Shown: positions 19,651-29,020 of the stretch, one piece after another
How positions within the stretch are numbered: position 1 is the first letter of the stretch
How the letters are laid out: the number at the start of each line of letters is the position of its first letter
NCBI GenBank assembly: GCA_964532875.1
Contig: CAZHIZ010000001.1
Coordinates: 12,100 to 76,099 of the forward strand
Length of the DNA stretch: 64,000 bases
DNA from: an uncultured Caldithrix sp.
GTDB taxonomy: Bacteria; Calditrichota; Calditrichia; Calditrichales; Calditrichaceae
Reading direction: 5' to 3'
Notes under the pieces: generated by a model
Told to the model about the DNA's origin: nothing
Seen by the model: only the letters and a program-made list of their open reading frames with translations
Database searches by the model: none
Made by a program: the position numbers and the translations under genes

Positions 19651-20739
19651 CTAATGTTTTATCCCGTTTAAAATAATATTTTGAATGTCACGCTGGGAAA
19701 GTGCCCCGTTAAAAATGGCGAATTCATCTATCTTGCCTTTAAAATACCGATGTATCATCCGCTCAACCGGTGGTACGGCCCCTAATGTAATGGGAGCTTC
19801 GGAATGATAAAGAGTGCCGCCAAATGCTATTTCTTTAAGCAATTCACCGTTCAGATACAGATACATACGATGATTATTGACAATACCCGCAATATGATAC
19901 CAGGTACGGGGTGAAATAGCTTGATAAACTTTTAGAAAAATTAAGGAATCGCCATGGTCATAAATCGAAAAATTAAGATGAAACGGAGAATGTTGCCCTC
20001 CGATAAGAATAGAGAAATCACGGAATTTGCTAGTATCGTAAGCCTTAAAAATCAATCCTTGCACATCGTCCCATCCCGGGGTATCTTCGATGGTACTATC
20101 GGATTTGTAAAACCAAAAAACAATTGAGTATATGTCTTTATTGTAGGCATTAATATGGGGAATCAGCGCATAGCCGGTTTTACCGTCCAATTCCAACGCT
20201 AAACCCTGTATCCCTTGAGAGAAAACGGTATTCCCGAACCGTTGTCCATGATTGTGAAACGGGCTTAAATCTTCCATGTCCCCTTCAAACGGAAAATAGG
20301 CTAAAATCGAAGGCAAATGCGCATTCGTCCATTCTACAACAATGATCAAACTTCCGGTGACCGGATTTAATTGTAAATATACCGGTATCGTTTGCCCGGC
20401 CCTTACCAAAACCGTAGTATGGCCGGAATAACATTTTGTACTATCTTTATCAAATGCATCGACTTGTAAATACCAATTGCCGGGTAAAAGGTTTTCTACC
20501 CTGGCGACTGCTTTTTCGCCTTGAATCTCAAAAGTAAAGAAAACGGTGTCTGCATCGGCGCGGGCTAAAAAGCCCTTAATGGCCGCAACATTCTGCGGTG
20601 CTGCCGACATGTCCATATCAAGAGTGATACTCCCAGCGCTCAACGGTTCGGGAACGGGCCGGGTGGGATTGTCGTTCAGATTGGTGCAGTAGTTTAATAA
20701 CAACACCGCACCGATCAACAGAGCTATTTTTTTAAGCAT
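19651..20739 (-). CDS. lipoprotein: shared N-terminal module + LamG/concanavalin-A-like lectin domain (copy 1)
   Basis: 'LAYFPFEGDMEDLSPFHNHG', 'WYHIAGIVNNHRMYLYLNGELL', 'FKGKIDEFAIFNGALSQRDIQ' are typical Laminin_G_3 patterns. Confidence 0.8.
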   Translation of the reverse strand: MLKKIALLIGAVLLLNYCTNLNDNPTRPVPEPLSAGSITLDMDMSAAPQNVAAIKGFLARADADTVFFTFEIQGEKAVARVENLLPGNWYLQVDAFDKDSTKCYSGHTTVLVRAGQTIPVYLQLNPVTGSLIIVVEWTNAHLPSILAYFPFEGDMEDLSPFHNHGQRFGNTVFSQGIQGLALELDGKTGYALIPHINAYNKDIYSIVFWFYKSDSTIEDTPGWDDVQGLIFKAYDTSKFRDFSILIGGQHSPFHLNFSIYDHGDSLIFLKVYQAISPRTWYHIAGIVNNHRMYLYLNGELLKEIAFGGTLYHSEAPITLGAVPPVERMIHRYFKGKIDEFAIFNGALSQRDIQNIILNGIKH

Positions 20740-20750
20740 GGCCTTACCTC

Positions 20751-21839
20751 CTAATGTTTTATCCCGTTTAAAATAATATTTTGAATGTCACGCTGGGAAA
20801 GTGCCCCGTTAAAAATGGCGAATTCATCTATCTTGCCTTTAAAATACCGATGTATCATCCGCTCAACCGGTGGTACGGCCCCTAATGTAATGGGAGCTTC
20901 GGAATGATAAAGAGTGCCGCCAAATGCTATTTCTTTAAGCAATTCACCGTTCAGATACAGATACATACGATGATTATTGACAATACCCGCAATATGATAC
21001 CAGGTACGGGGTGAAATAGCTTGATAAACTTTTAGAAAAATTAAGGAATCGCCATGGTCATAAATCGAAAAATTAAGATGAAACGGAGAATGTTGCCCTC
21101 CGATAAGAATAGAGAAATCACGGAATTTGCTAGTATCGTAAGCCTTAAAAATCAATCCTTGCACATCGTCCCATCCCGGGGTATCTTCGATGGTACTATC
21201 GGATTTGTAAAACCAAAAAACAATTGAGTATATGTCTTTATTGTAGGCATTAATATGGGGAATCAGCGCATAGCCGGTTTTACCGTCCAATTCCAACGCT
21301 AAACCCTGTATCCCTTGAGAGAAAACGGTATTCCCGAACCGTTGTCCATGATTGTGAAACGGGCTTAAATCTTCCATGTCCCCTTCAAACGGAAAATAGG
21401 CTAAAATCGAAGGCAAATGCGCATTCGTCCATTCTACAACAATGATCAAACTTCCGGTGACCGGATTTAATTGTAAATATACCGGTATCGTTTGCCCGGC
21501 CCTTACCAAAACCGTAGTATGGCCGGAATAACATTTTGTACTATCTTTATCAAATGCATCGACTTGTAAATACCAATTGCCGGGTAAAAGGTTTTCTACC
21601 CTGGCGACTGCTTTTTCGCCTTGAATCTCAAAAGTAAAGAAAACGGTGTCTGCATCGGCGCGGGCTAAAAAGCCCTTAATGGCCGCAACATTCTGCGGTG
21701 CTGCCGACATGTCCATATCAAGAGTGATACTCCCAGCGCTCAACGGTTCGGGAACGGGCCGGGTGGGATTGTCGTTCAGATTGGTGCAGTAGTTTAATAA
21801 TAACACCGCACCGATCAACAGAGCTATTTTTTTAAGCAT
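20751..21839 (-). CDS. lipoprotein: shared N-terminal module + LamG-like domain (copy 2, protein identical to copy 1)
   Basis: The 362-aa translation is identical to 19651..20739. Its DNA is identical to copy 1 except one synonymous change at 21801. Confidence 0.8.
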   Translation of the reverse strand: MLKKIALLIGAVLLLNYCTNLNDNPTRPVPEPLSAGSITLDMDMSAAPQNVAAIKGFLARADADTVFFTFEIQGEKAVARVENLLPGNWYLQVDAFDKDSTKCYSGHTTVLVRAGQTIPVYLQLNPVTGSLIIVVEWTNAHLPSILAYFPFEGDMEDLSPFHNHGQRFGNTVFSQGIQGLALELDGKTGYALIPHINAYNKDIYSIVFWFYKSDSTIEDTPGWDDVQGLIFKAYDTSKFRDFSILIGGQHSPFHLNFSIYDHGDSLIFLKVYQAISPRTWYHIAGIVNNHRMYLYLNGELLKEIAFGGTLYHSEAPITLGAVPPVERMIHRYFKGKIDEFAIFNGALSQRDIQNIILNGIKH

Positions 21840-22562
21840 GGCCTTATCTCCTGATATTTTGAAATAATTTCGGGCCTACTGTTTGGCGAAACACCACGCA
21901 AAACGTGGTATTCCCAAGAATATTACCACCCAAATATTGCCTGAAGCCTTCATCTGACCGCCAATCTGCAATGCATCGTTTTACAACTCTGAGCAAAAAT
22001 GGAGGTGTATCGCAGTAAATTTCTATTTTTGCAATCTTACCGTTATGCGTTCGAGGTCAATAAACTAAATTCGTAACAGGGATTCACTTTGCCGAATCGA
22101 AAATCAAGACTGTCATTTGAAAATATACTAAAATCAAAAAAATTGCAAGAGAAAATAACCTCTCTTTCGCTAAAAAGTTCATCATCTTGTTTAGAAAAAA
22201 CAATAATTATGCCAGACAGCAAATTCCGCAAGAAAAATAAGAATCGACAGAGTCAATGCAAGCAATGCTTGCGATTCGGATTTTCGGTAATATGTTCCGA
22301 TGAACCGTAAAATGAAATTGTAAAAGCTGACGCGAATTTTTTTAGGACAAAGCGAAAATAATTCGTAGTATCCGCAGATTGAAAATTAGGAAAACACAAA
22401 AAAAGTCGTATTAAGTTGGATCATAAAAGATTAGAAGAAACGGAGGCTTTGGTAAAATTGTTAACGTCTTTTGAACAAATTAAAAATTCAATTGCCCCTT
22501 TTTCTGCTTTTCAATAAATTCATTTTGTGCCATTTGAAAAATGAAGGAAGGAACATCATAAT

Positions 22563-23693
22563 ATGACAAAACAAATAACCGTACCGTTGCTTGACTTAAA
22601 GGCTCAATATCAAACCATTCGTTCTGAAATCGAACCCGTGGTTAAAGATGTGATCGAATCGCAGTATTTTATTTTAGGGCCCAAAGTAAAAGAATTCGAA
22701 GAGAATGTGGCTCGTTATTGTCAGACGAAATATGCACTGGGGGTTTCTTCGGGAACGGATGCTTTGCTGATTGCCCTGATGGCATTGGATATTCAGCCTG
22801 GCGACGAGGTTATTACGACCGCTTATTCGTTCTTTGCCACGGCGGGTTCCATTGCGCGCCTTCATGCCAAGCCGGTTTTTACGGATATTGATCCGCAAAC
22901 ATTTAACATCGATGCGGCTAAAATCGAAGAAAAGATCACCGCGAGAACCAAAGCGATTATTGCCGTGCATCTTTACGGTCAAACGGCCGATATGGGGCCG
23001 ATCATGGAAATCGCTGACAAGCATGGACTGTACGTGATCGAAGATGCGGCGCAAGCAATTGGTAGTGAATATGAAGACGGTCGGCGTGCCGGCAGCATGG
23101 GGCATATCGGTTGCTTTTCCTTTTTTCCAAGCAAGAATTTAGGCGGCTTCGGCGACGGCGGATTGGTTACCACCAATGACGAAGCGTTGTTTACCAAATT
23201 AAGTTATTTGCGTAATCACGGAGCGCATCCCAAGTATTATCACAAAATGATCGGTGGCAACTTTCGCCTGGATGCTTTGCAGGCGGCCGTGCTCAATGTA
23301 AAATTAAGGCACTTGGACGATTGGACGGCCGGAAGGCAAAAGAATGCCGATTTCTATGATGCGGGAATTAAGGCCCGCGGGCTGGAAAAGTGGATTGTAC
23401 CGCCGATACGTAAAGCCAATTATCGGCACATCTTTAATCAATACATCATTCGTGCGCAAAACCGGGATGATTTGTTGAAGTATTTAAAAGAACATCGTGT
23501 AGGATGTGAAATTTACTATCCGGTTACTTTTAACAATCAGGAGTGCTTTCGATATCTGGGTTACCGAGAGGGAGATTTCCCCGAAGCGGAGAGAGCGGCC
23601 CGGGAAACACTGGCCATTCCCATTTATCCCGAATTGACGGATGAACAAAAAAACTACGTTTTGGATCGCATTGCGGATTTTTATGGGGAATAG
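22563..23693 (+). CDS. DegT/DnrJ/EryC1/StrS-family sugar aminotransferase
   Basis: 'VPLLDLKAQY', 'FILGPKVKEFE', and the PLP-lysine block 'FSFFPSKNLG'. Confidence 0.9.
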   Translation: MTKQITVPLLDLKAQYQTIRSEIEPVVKDVIESQYFILGPKVKEFEENVARYCQTKYALGVSSGTDALLIALMALDIQPGDEVITTAYSFFATAGSIARLHAKPVFTDIDPQTFNIDAAKIEEKITARTKAIIAVHLYGQTADMGPIMEIADKHGLYVIEDAAQAIGSEYEDGRRAGSMGHIGCFSFFPSKNLGGFGDGGLVTTNDEALFTKLSYLRNHGAHPKYYHKMIGGNFRLDALQAAVLNVKLRHLDDWTAGRQKNADFYDAGIKARGLEKWIVPPIRKANYRHIFNQYIIRAQNRDDLLKYLKEHRVGCEIYYPVTFNNQECFRYLGYREGDFPEAERAARETLAIPIYPELTDEQKNYVLDRIADFYGE

Positions 23694-23707
23694 GTAGAAA
23701 TACAGGC

Positions 23708-23746
23708 AGCCGGAGACAAATTGCAAAACATTCTTTGTCTCCGGCT
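23708..23746. terminator. bidirectional hairpin between the convergent DegT and receiver genes
   Basis: 13-bp stem AGCCGGAGACAAA/TTTGTCTCCGGCT. The right arm overlaps the stop codon of the minus-strand gene. Confidence 0.6.
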
Positions 23747-24161
23747 ACAATTTATTTATCATGCCTTGCAACTTTTCCATATCGTACGGTTTTTCAAGAA
23801 AGCCGACAACCTGAAGATTTTTCAGGCCGTCTTTGTGGGCGACATCGCTTATTCCGGTTGATAAAATAATGGGAATTGTGGGGTCGATTTTACGCAATTC
23901 CTGGTAGCATTCCTTGCCGTTCATATCGGGCATTAACAAATCGACAATGACCAGATCGATTTCATCTTTTTTTTCGAGAAAAATCTTTAAGCCTTCTTGG
24001 GCGGATGAAGCCAAAAACGGTTTATGCCCTAAATAAGAAAGCATTTCACCGGCAATGTCCAAAATCATTGATTCGTCGTCGATTATGAGAATACGGAGAT
24101 TTTCTTTTCGTTTTTCCAAAATGGCCCCACTCTGGTTAGAACAAACTTTTCGATGAAACAA
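23745..24161 (-). CDS. single-domain response regulator (CheY-like receiver)
   Basis: 'LRILIIDDE', 'DLVIVDLLMPDMNG', 'PIILSTG'. No output domain and no adjacent kinase. The true start may be internal (TTG near 24119). Confidence 0.8.
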   Translation of the reverse strand: MFHRKVCSNQSGAILEKRKENLRILIIDDESMILDIAGEMLSYLGHKPFLASSAQEGLKIFLEKKDEIDLVIVDLLMPDMNGKECYQELRKIDPTIPIILSTGISDVAHKDGLKNLQVVGFLEKPYDMEKLQGMINKL

Positions 24162-24378
24162 CCATCGAAACGATTAAACAGCACATCCTGTTTTTGCAAA
24201 CGTCCAATGGATATTCATTCGGAATAATCGACTTTAAACTTTAGACAAATTAATAGGAAGGGTGCAAAGGGGTAAAAACGGCAAGCATCCGAGTTGCGGA
24301 AAATGGTGCCTGCCGTTTAATTATTCGGAAAAAACCTTTGTTTGACAAGGAATTAAAAGAAGTAAAATTTACCTACCG

Positions 24379-25662
24379 TTAACCTTTTATTTTTTCGTCC
24401 AGGAAAGGTTTAATCTCTTCGATTGCCAGTCGTTCCTGTGCCATGGAGTCACGGTAGCGCACAGTAACGGTATTGTCTTCCAACGTCTGAGAATCCACGG
24501 TAAAACAGAAGGGGGTGCCGGCTTCGTCCATGCGGCGGTAGCGGCGGCCGACCGAACCGCTTTCATCGTAAAAAACGCGGAAATCACCGCGCAGATCGTT
24601 GATGATTTTTTGGGCAATTTCGGGCATGCCGTCCCGTTTGACCAGCGGGAATACAGCCGCTTTAATCGGGGCGATGGCGGGCGCCAATTTAAGCACTACC
24701 CGTTCTTCCTCTTCGGTGTAAGCATCAACCAGACAGGTGAGTAAGGTGCGATCACAACCAACGGAAGTTTCGATGACATAGGGAATGAACCGTTCTTTGG
24801 TTTGATCGTCGAAATAGCGCAGATCTTTTCCCGAATATTCCATGTGACGCTTCAAATCAAAATCGGTACGATTGTGAATGCCTTCCACTTCGTTCCAGCC
24901 AAAGGGGAATTCGTATTCGATATCGAAGGCCGCCTTGGCATAATGGGCCAATTCGTCTTTACCATGCTGATGAAAACGGAGCTTATCCTGGTTCAATCCC
25001 AAACGTTGATACCACTTGCGGCGGGTTTCTTTCCAGTATTCAAACCATTTTTCGTCTTCACCCGGGCGCACGAAAAATTGCATTTCCATCTGTTCGAATT
25101 CACGGGTGCGAAAAATAAAATTACCCGGTGTTATTTCGTTACGAAAAGCTTTTCCGATTTGGGCGATCCCGAAAGGCAGTTTGCGCCGGGCCGCTTCGCG
25201 CACATTGTGGAAATTAACGTAAATTCCCTGAGCCGTTTCGGGGCGCAAATAGACGATGTTGGCCGAATCTTCCACAGGGCCCATGAATGTTTTAAACATC
25301 AGATTAAATTGGCGCGCTTCGGTGAAGGTGTTTTTATTACCGCAAACCGGACACGGTTTGGAAAGATCGATTTGATCGGCACGGAATCGTGATTTACACA
25401 CCTTGCAGTCGACCATGGGATCGGTGAAACCTTCCACATGACCGGAAGCTTCCCAAACTTTGGGGTGCATCAGAATACTGGCGTCCAAACCTTCGATGTC
25501 GTCGCGTTCGTAAACCATGCTTTTCCACCAGAGTTCCTTGATATTTTTTTTCATTTCCACACCTAAGGGACCGTAATCGTAGCAGGAGTTAATACCGCCG
25601 TAGATTTCGCTGCTCTGGAAAATGAAACCGCGTCGTTTAGCTAATGAGACTAATTTATCCAT
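24379..25662 (-). CDS. glyQS: glycine--tRNA ligase (dimeric class II type)
   Basis: '[17 protein letters not shown]', 'YLRPETAQG', 'GKAFRNEI'. Start moved to MDKLVSL, which matches the usual GlyRS N-terminus. The ORF-track extension of 23 aa is unsupported. Confidence 0.92.
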   Translation of the reverse strand: MDKLVSLAKRRGFIFQSSEIYGGINSCYDYGPLGVEMKKNIKELWWKSMVYERDDIEGLDASILMHPKVWEASGHVEGFTDPMVDCKVCKSRFRADQIDLSKPCPVCGNKNTFTEARQFNLMFKTFMGPVEDSANIVYLRPETAQGIYVNFHNVREAARRKLPFGIAQIGKAFRNEITPGNFIFRTREFEQMEMQFFVRPGEDEKWFEYWKETRRKWYQRLGLNQDKLRFHQHGKDELAHYAKAAFDIEYEFPFGWNEVEGIHNRTDFDLKRHMEYSGKDLRYFDDQTKERFIPYVIETSVGCDRTLLTCLVDAYTEEEERVVLKLAPAIAPIKAAVFPLVKRDGMPEIAQKIINDLRGDFRVFYDESGSVGRRYRRMDEAGTPFCFTVDSQTLEDNTVTVRYRDSMAQERLAIEEIKPFLDEKIKG

Positions 25663-25979
25663 TATGGAATTTGCATTGTTTTTACCCACCGAAGTTCTCC
25701 TTGTTTTGCCTTGATTTTTGTAAAGTGCCAAATATAATGGATTTTCGCTAAAAACTCTAAAAAAAATGGGAGCAGGGTACGAATGAAGGCGGGGAAACGA
25801 TTGCGGGTTTGGGGTAAAAGGGGGGAATTTTCGGCGATGGTCTCAAAAATAAAGAATGGCATCGCGGTGATTTTGCCCACGGGATTATTACTTATGCTGT
25901 TTTTTTAAGCAGGCGAATAGGTCGTGACGGAAGAATTACGCAAAAAATGTGTAGCCATGGATTGATTTTTGGATAAAGA

Positions 25980-25997
25980 TACCATATATTTATGGTA
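25980..25997. promoter_or_regulatory. candidate operator palindrome TACCATA-TATT-TATGGTA
   Basis: Perfect 7-4-7 inverted repeat 25 nt upstream of the cassette-1 receptor start, followed by a third half-site ACCATA at 26000..26005. Confidence 0.2.
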
Positions 25998-26021
25998 AGA
26001 CCATAAAATAGTAGAAATTCA

Positions 26022-28940
26022 ATGATGAAGCCTTTATTCTATTTTATCCTTCCGCTTTTTTTTGTTGTATCCGTTTGGGCCCAGGTTCCAGGGAAAATAG
26101 TCGGTAGAGTTACGGATCAATCGAATAATCCTTTACCCGGGGTTAATGTTATTGTTGAGGGGCAGCCATTGGGAGCCAGCACCGATACGGACGGCTATTA
26201 CATGATTTTGAATATTGCGCCCGGGACGTATCGGCTGACGGCCAACTATGTGGGCTATCACCCAGTAACGGTTAAAGGCGTGGTTGTGCGGCCCGATTTG
26301 ACCACGCGGGTTGATTTTACGTTGCAAGAAGAAGTGATGGAGTTGGGGCAGGCGATTGTTGTTACGGCCGAACAGCCGGTCATTCAGCGGGACGCCACGG
26401 CCAAAGTAACGACTTTTAATGCGGAAGAAATCAAGTCGTTGCCAGTGGAGAATTTACAAGAAATTTTGTCCATTCAATCGGATGTTTCGGTTTTGACGAA
26501 TACGCCGAATGCCAAACCGGGTTACAATATTCGCGGCATTGATGACATCCGCATGCGTGGCGGGCGTAATAATGAAGTGGCTTTATTAATTGACGGGGTT
26601 AAGGTTTCCAACCCGGTTTTCGGCGGGTTCGGGACTCAAATAGGGAAAAATGCCATTGAGCAAATTTCGATTGAAGCGGGCGGGTTCAGTGCCAAATACG
26701 GCAATGCGCTATCCGGTGTGATTAATCTCACCACCAAGGAAGGGCGCGCAAAAACTTCCGGATCATTTCGCTATTACACTTCCCGGCCTTTCGGATTGCA
26801 GGCCTTGATTCCTGCGCATGGGCGTGCTTTAAATCGACAAAATTATCAATACACATTGGGCGGGCGTTTACCGTTCTTAAAGAAATCGAGTTACTTTATT
26901 TCCGGTGAGGTGAATACGCAACGCGGCACGGTTTTGTTGTTTGATCGTATTTTATGGAATGACCACCGCACCATCGGACTGGATTTAAATGGCGATCAAA
27001 TTGCCGATTCGACGGTAACATTACCCACGTCGCAGGAAATCATAAAAGGATATTTGCAATACGGTAATTTGGATTCCATTCAGCACGGATTGGCCCGCAA
27101 CTGGCGTAAGGTCATTGGTCCGGACGGTCGCAAGATTAATCCTTTGGATCGGTATGCCGGATGGACGGGCCTGGGCTGGAATAATTATTTAAATGTTTTT
27201 GCGAAGGTGAGCTATCAAATTACCCCATCATTGAAGATTCGGTTTTCTAATTTATGGGATCAACGTTACCGCCAGATCAATAATTTTAACGCCTGGTACG
27301 ATTACAATATGGCCGGGCAGAATGTGCAAATTTTAGGCAGCAATAAGCAAACACTTTCGATTAATCATGCCTTATCGGCTAAAACATTTTATGATTTTAA
27401 ATTATCCCGCTTTTTCGAATCACGAAAGATTCGCATTTTAAGAGATTACGATCGGAAATTTCGTTCGCGTTTTAATGTATTTTATCCTGATCCTAATAAT
27501 CTCAAAACGCCAGATGAGTACATACCTTATCGCAGTACGAAGGCGGTTATTGATCCGTTTGAGACGGCCTTTTATTTAAAGGCGGATAATCGCTGGTATT
27601 CGGGTGACCGGAGCACCAATTGGGAGGCGCGTCTGGATTTTACGTCGCAAATCAGCAAAGCGACTAAAATCGAGACGGGATTTCAATTCAATTATATCGA
27701 TTTGCATTATCATTCCTATCAAAATATCAGTCAAAAAGATCCGTTTCCTACTATTTACCATCGTCAGCCCAAAGAAGGAGCATTGTATTTACAGGGGAAG
27801 TCGGAATATGACAAGTTAATTCTGAATGTGGGTGTGCGTTTGGATTATCAGGATACCGGCGATCGGTTCTGGAAAAATCCTTTTGATCCGTTGGCCAAAC
27901 AAAGCGGACAGGATGATTCGTTAGAGATAAATCCTTTGATTCCGGTAAAGCCAAAATATCATGTTAGCCCGAGGATCGGTCTGGCTTATCCGCTGACTTC
28001 TACGACGGTTTTATTTTTTAATTTCGGGCATTTTTATCAAAATCCGAATTACCGTGATTTGTATCGGGCTACCGGTAATACGCGGTTGGTGAGTTTGATG
28101 CGCGGAAATATTTTGGGGAATCCCAATTTGCAACCGGAAAAGGCGGTGCAATATGAGATTAGCTTGCAACAGCAAATTGGCAGGGACATTGGGGTTAAAA
28201 TTAATTTGTGGTCTAAGGAAACGACGAATCAGGTAGGCTCGGTTGTCGTGCCGGCTTATTCCGATCCCGGGCGGGATAATCCGTTTACCTACGCGGTATT
28301 TGTGAATAATAATTTCGGATCGGCGCGGGGAATTGATATTGAGGTGAAGAAGGTTTTACGTAAAAATTTCGGTTTCCAGATCAATTACACCTATTCAAAA
28401 GCCAAGGTGCTTTTGCCCACGTCGTGGGATGGGTACTGGTCGGGAGATACCCAAGAAGATTTGCCGAAACATGAAACAACCGCACCCTGGGATCAACCCC
28501 ATGTGATGCGTGCCAATATGCAGTATTATTTTAATGGAAAGGAAGGCGTGCGCATCGGTCATGTTTACCCGTTGGAAAACACCGTTTGGAGTTTGATTTA
28601 CTACGGAGAGAGCGGAATGCCTTATACACCATCGATACCCGGCGGCGTAATTGTGGAACCGTATTCGGCACGATGGCCGGCCACCCATCGGGTGGATGTG
28701 CGCGTTTCGAAGCAATGGCGGTTGTGGAAACAACGGTTTCGGATGTTTTTTGAGATCAAAAATGTGTTTGATCGTAAGAACGTGCTAACCGGATACACGC
28801 GAACCGGCTCGGCGACCGATCCGGGAACAGCGGCCTACTACACCTATTCTTCGACGTATTGGGATTCGAGGAATAATAATAATTTTGGATTGAGACGTTT
28901 GTTTTATTTGGGGCTGGAAGTGATATTCGGAGGAAGATAG
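26022..28940 (+). CDS. TonB-dependent-receptor-like outer-membrane barrel with N-terminal CarboxypepD_reg domain (cassette 1)
   Basis: Signal peptide 'FFVVSVWAQ', then 'GKIVGRVTDQSNNPLPGVNVIVEG...TDTDGYYMILNIAPGTYRLTANYVGY' (carboxypeptidase-regulatory-like fold). Plug-like 'ISIEAGGFSAKYGNALSGVINLTTKEG' and a ~700-aa beta-rich region. Paralog of 51506..54352. Confidence 0.85.
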   Translation: MMKPLFYFILPLFFVVSVWAQVPGKIVGRVTDQSNNPLPGVNVIVEGQPLGASTDTDGYYMILNIAPGTYRLTANYVGYHPVTVKGVVVRPDLTTRVDFTLQEEVMELGQAIVVTAEQPVIQRDATAKVTTFNAEEIKSLPVENLQEILSIQSDVSVLTNTPNAKPGYNIRGIDDIRMRGGRNNEVALLIDGVKVSNPVFGGFGTQIGKNAIEQISIEAGGFSAKYGNALSGVINLTTKEGRAKTSGSFRYYTSRPFGLQALIPAHGRALNRQNYQYTLGGRLPFLKKSSYFISGEVNTQRGTVLLFDRILWNDHRTIGLDLNGDQIADSTVTLPTSQEIIKGYLQYGNLDSIQHGLARNWRKVIGPDGRKINPLDRYAGWTGLGWNNYLNVFAKVSYQITPSLKIRFSNLWDQRYRQINNFNAWYDYNMAGQNVQILGSNKQTLSINHALSAKTFYDFKLSRFFESRKIRILRDYDRKFRSRFNVFYPDPNNLKTPDEYIPYRSTKAVIDPFETAFYLKADNRWYSGDRSTNWEARLDFTSQISKATKIETGFQFNYIDLHYHSYQNISQKDPFPTIYHRQPKEGALYLQGKSEYDKLILNVGVRLDYQDTGDRFWKNPFDPLAKQSGQDDSLEINPLIPVKPKYHVSPRIGLAYPLTSTTVLFFNFGHFYQNPNYRDLYRATGNTRLVSLMRGNILGNPNLQPEKAVQYEISLQQQIGRDIGVKINLWSKETTNQVGSVVVPAYSDPGRDNPFTYAVFVNNNFGSARGIDIEVKKVLRKNFGFQINYTYSKAKVLLPTSWDGYWSGDTQEDLPKHETTAPWDQPHVMRANMQYYFNGKEGVRIGHVYPLENTVWSLIYYGESGMPYTPSIPGGVIVEPYSARWPATHRVDVRVSKQWRLWKQRFRMFFEIKNVFDRKNVLTGYTRTGSATDPGTAAYYTYSSTYWDSRNNNNFGLRRLFYLGLEVIFGGR

Positions 28941-28950
28941 CGCCCTATTT

Positions 28951-28983
28951 GGGCAAAAGAGGTGTAAGAGATGGGCAGCGCCC
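28951..28983. repeat. left inverted repeat GGGCAAAAGAGGTGTAAGAGATGGGCAGCGCCC
   Basis: Its reverse complement matches 29511..29543 at the outer 10 and inner 17 positions. Contains the small palindrome GGGCAGCGCCC. Confidence 0.8.
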
Positions 28984-29020
28984 TGATTTTTTTCACATAT
29001 AGAGAAGGAGAGAGAAAATC

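Larger units (their letters stand above)
19561..21846. repeat. direct tandem duplication, period 1,100 bp
   Basis: Line-by-line comparison shows 19561..20700 is identical to 20661..21800 (1,140 bp, no mismatch). Identity continues to 21846 with one mismatch at 21801. Confidence 0.95.

Noticed and set aside
19561-21846. Whether the long exact repeat could be a CRISPR-like or IS-type repeat.
   Set aside because: The period is 1,100 bp and each unit is a complete protein-coding gene. There are no short repeat-spacer units, terminal inverted repeats or transposase, so it is a gene duplication.
22043-22310. Two overlapping small ORFs (62 aa on the minus strand, 73 aa on the plus strand) in the AT-rich gap.
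   Set aside because: They have no SD and are K/S/F-rich low-complexity peptides that overlap each other on opposite strands. They look like chance ORFs in AT-rich DNA.
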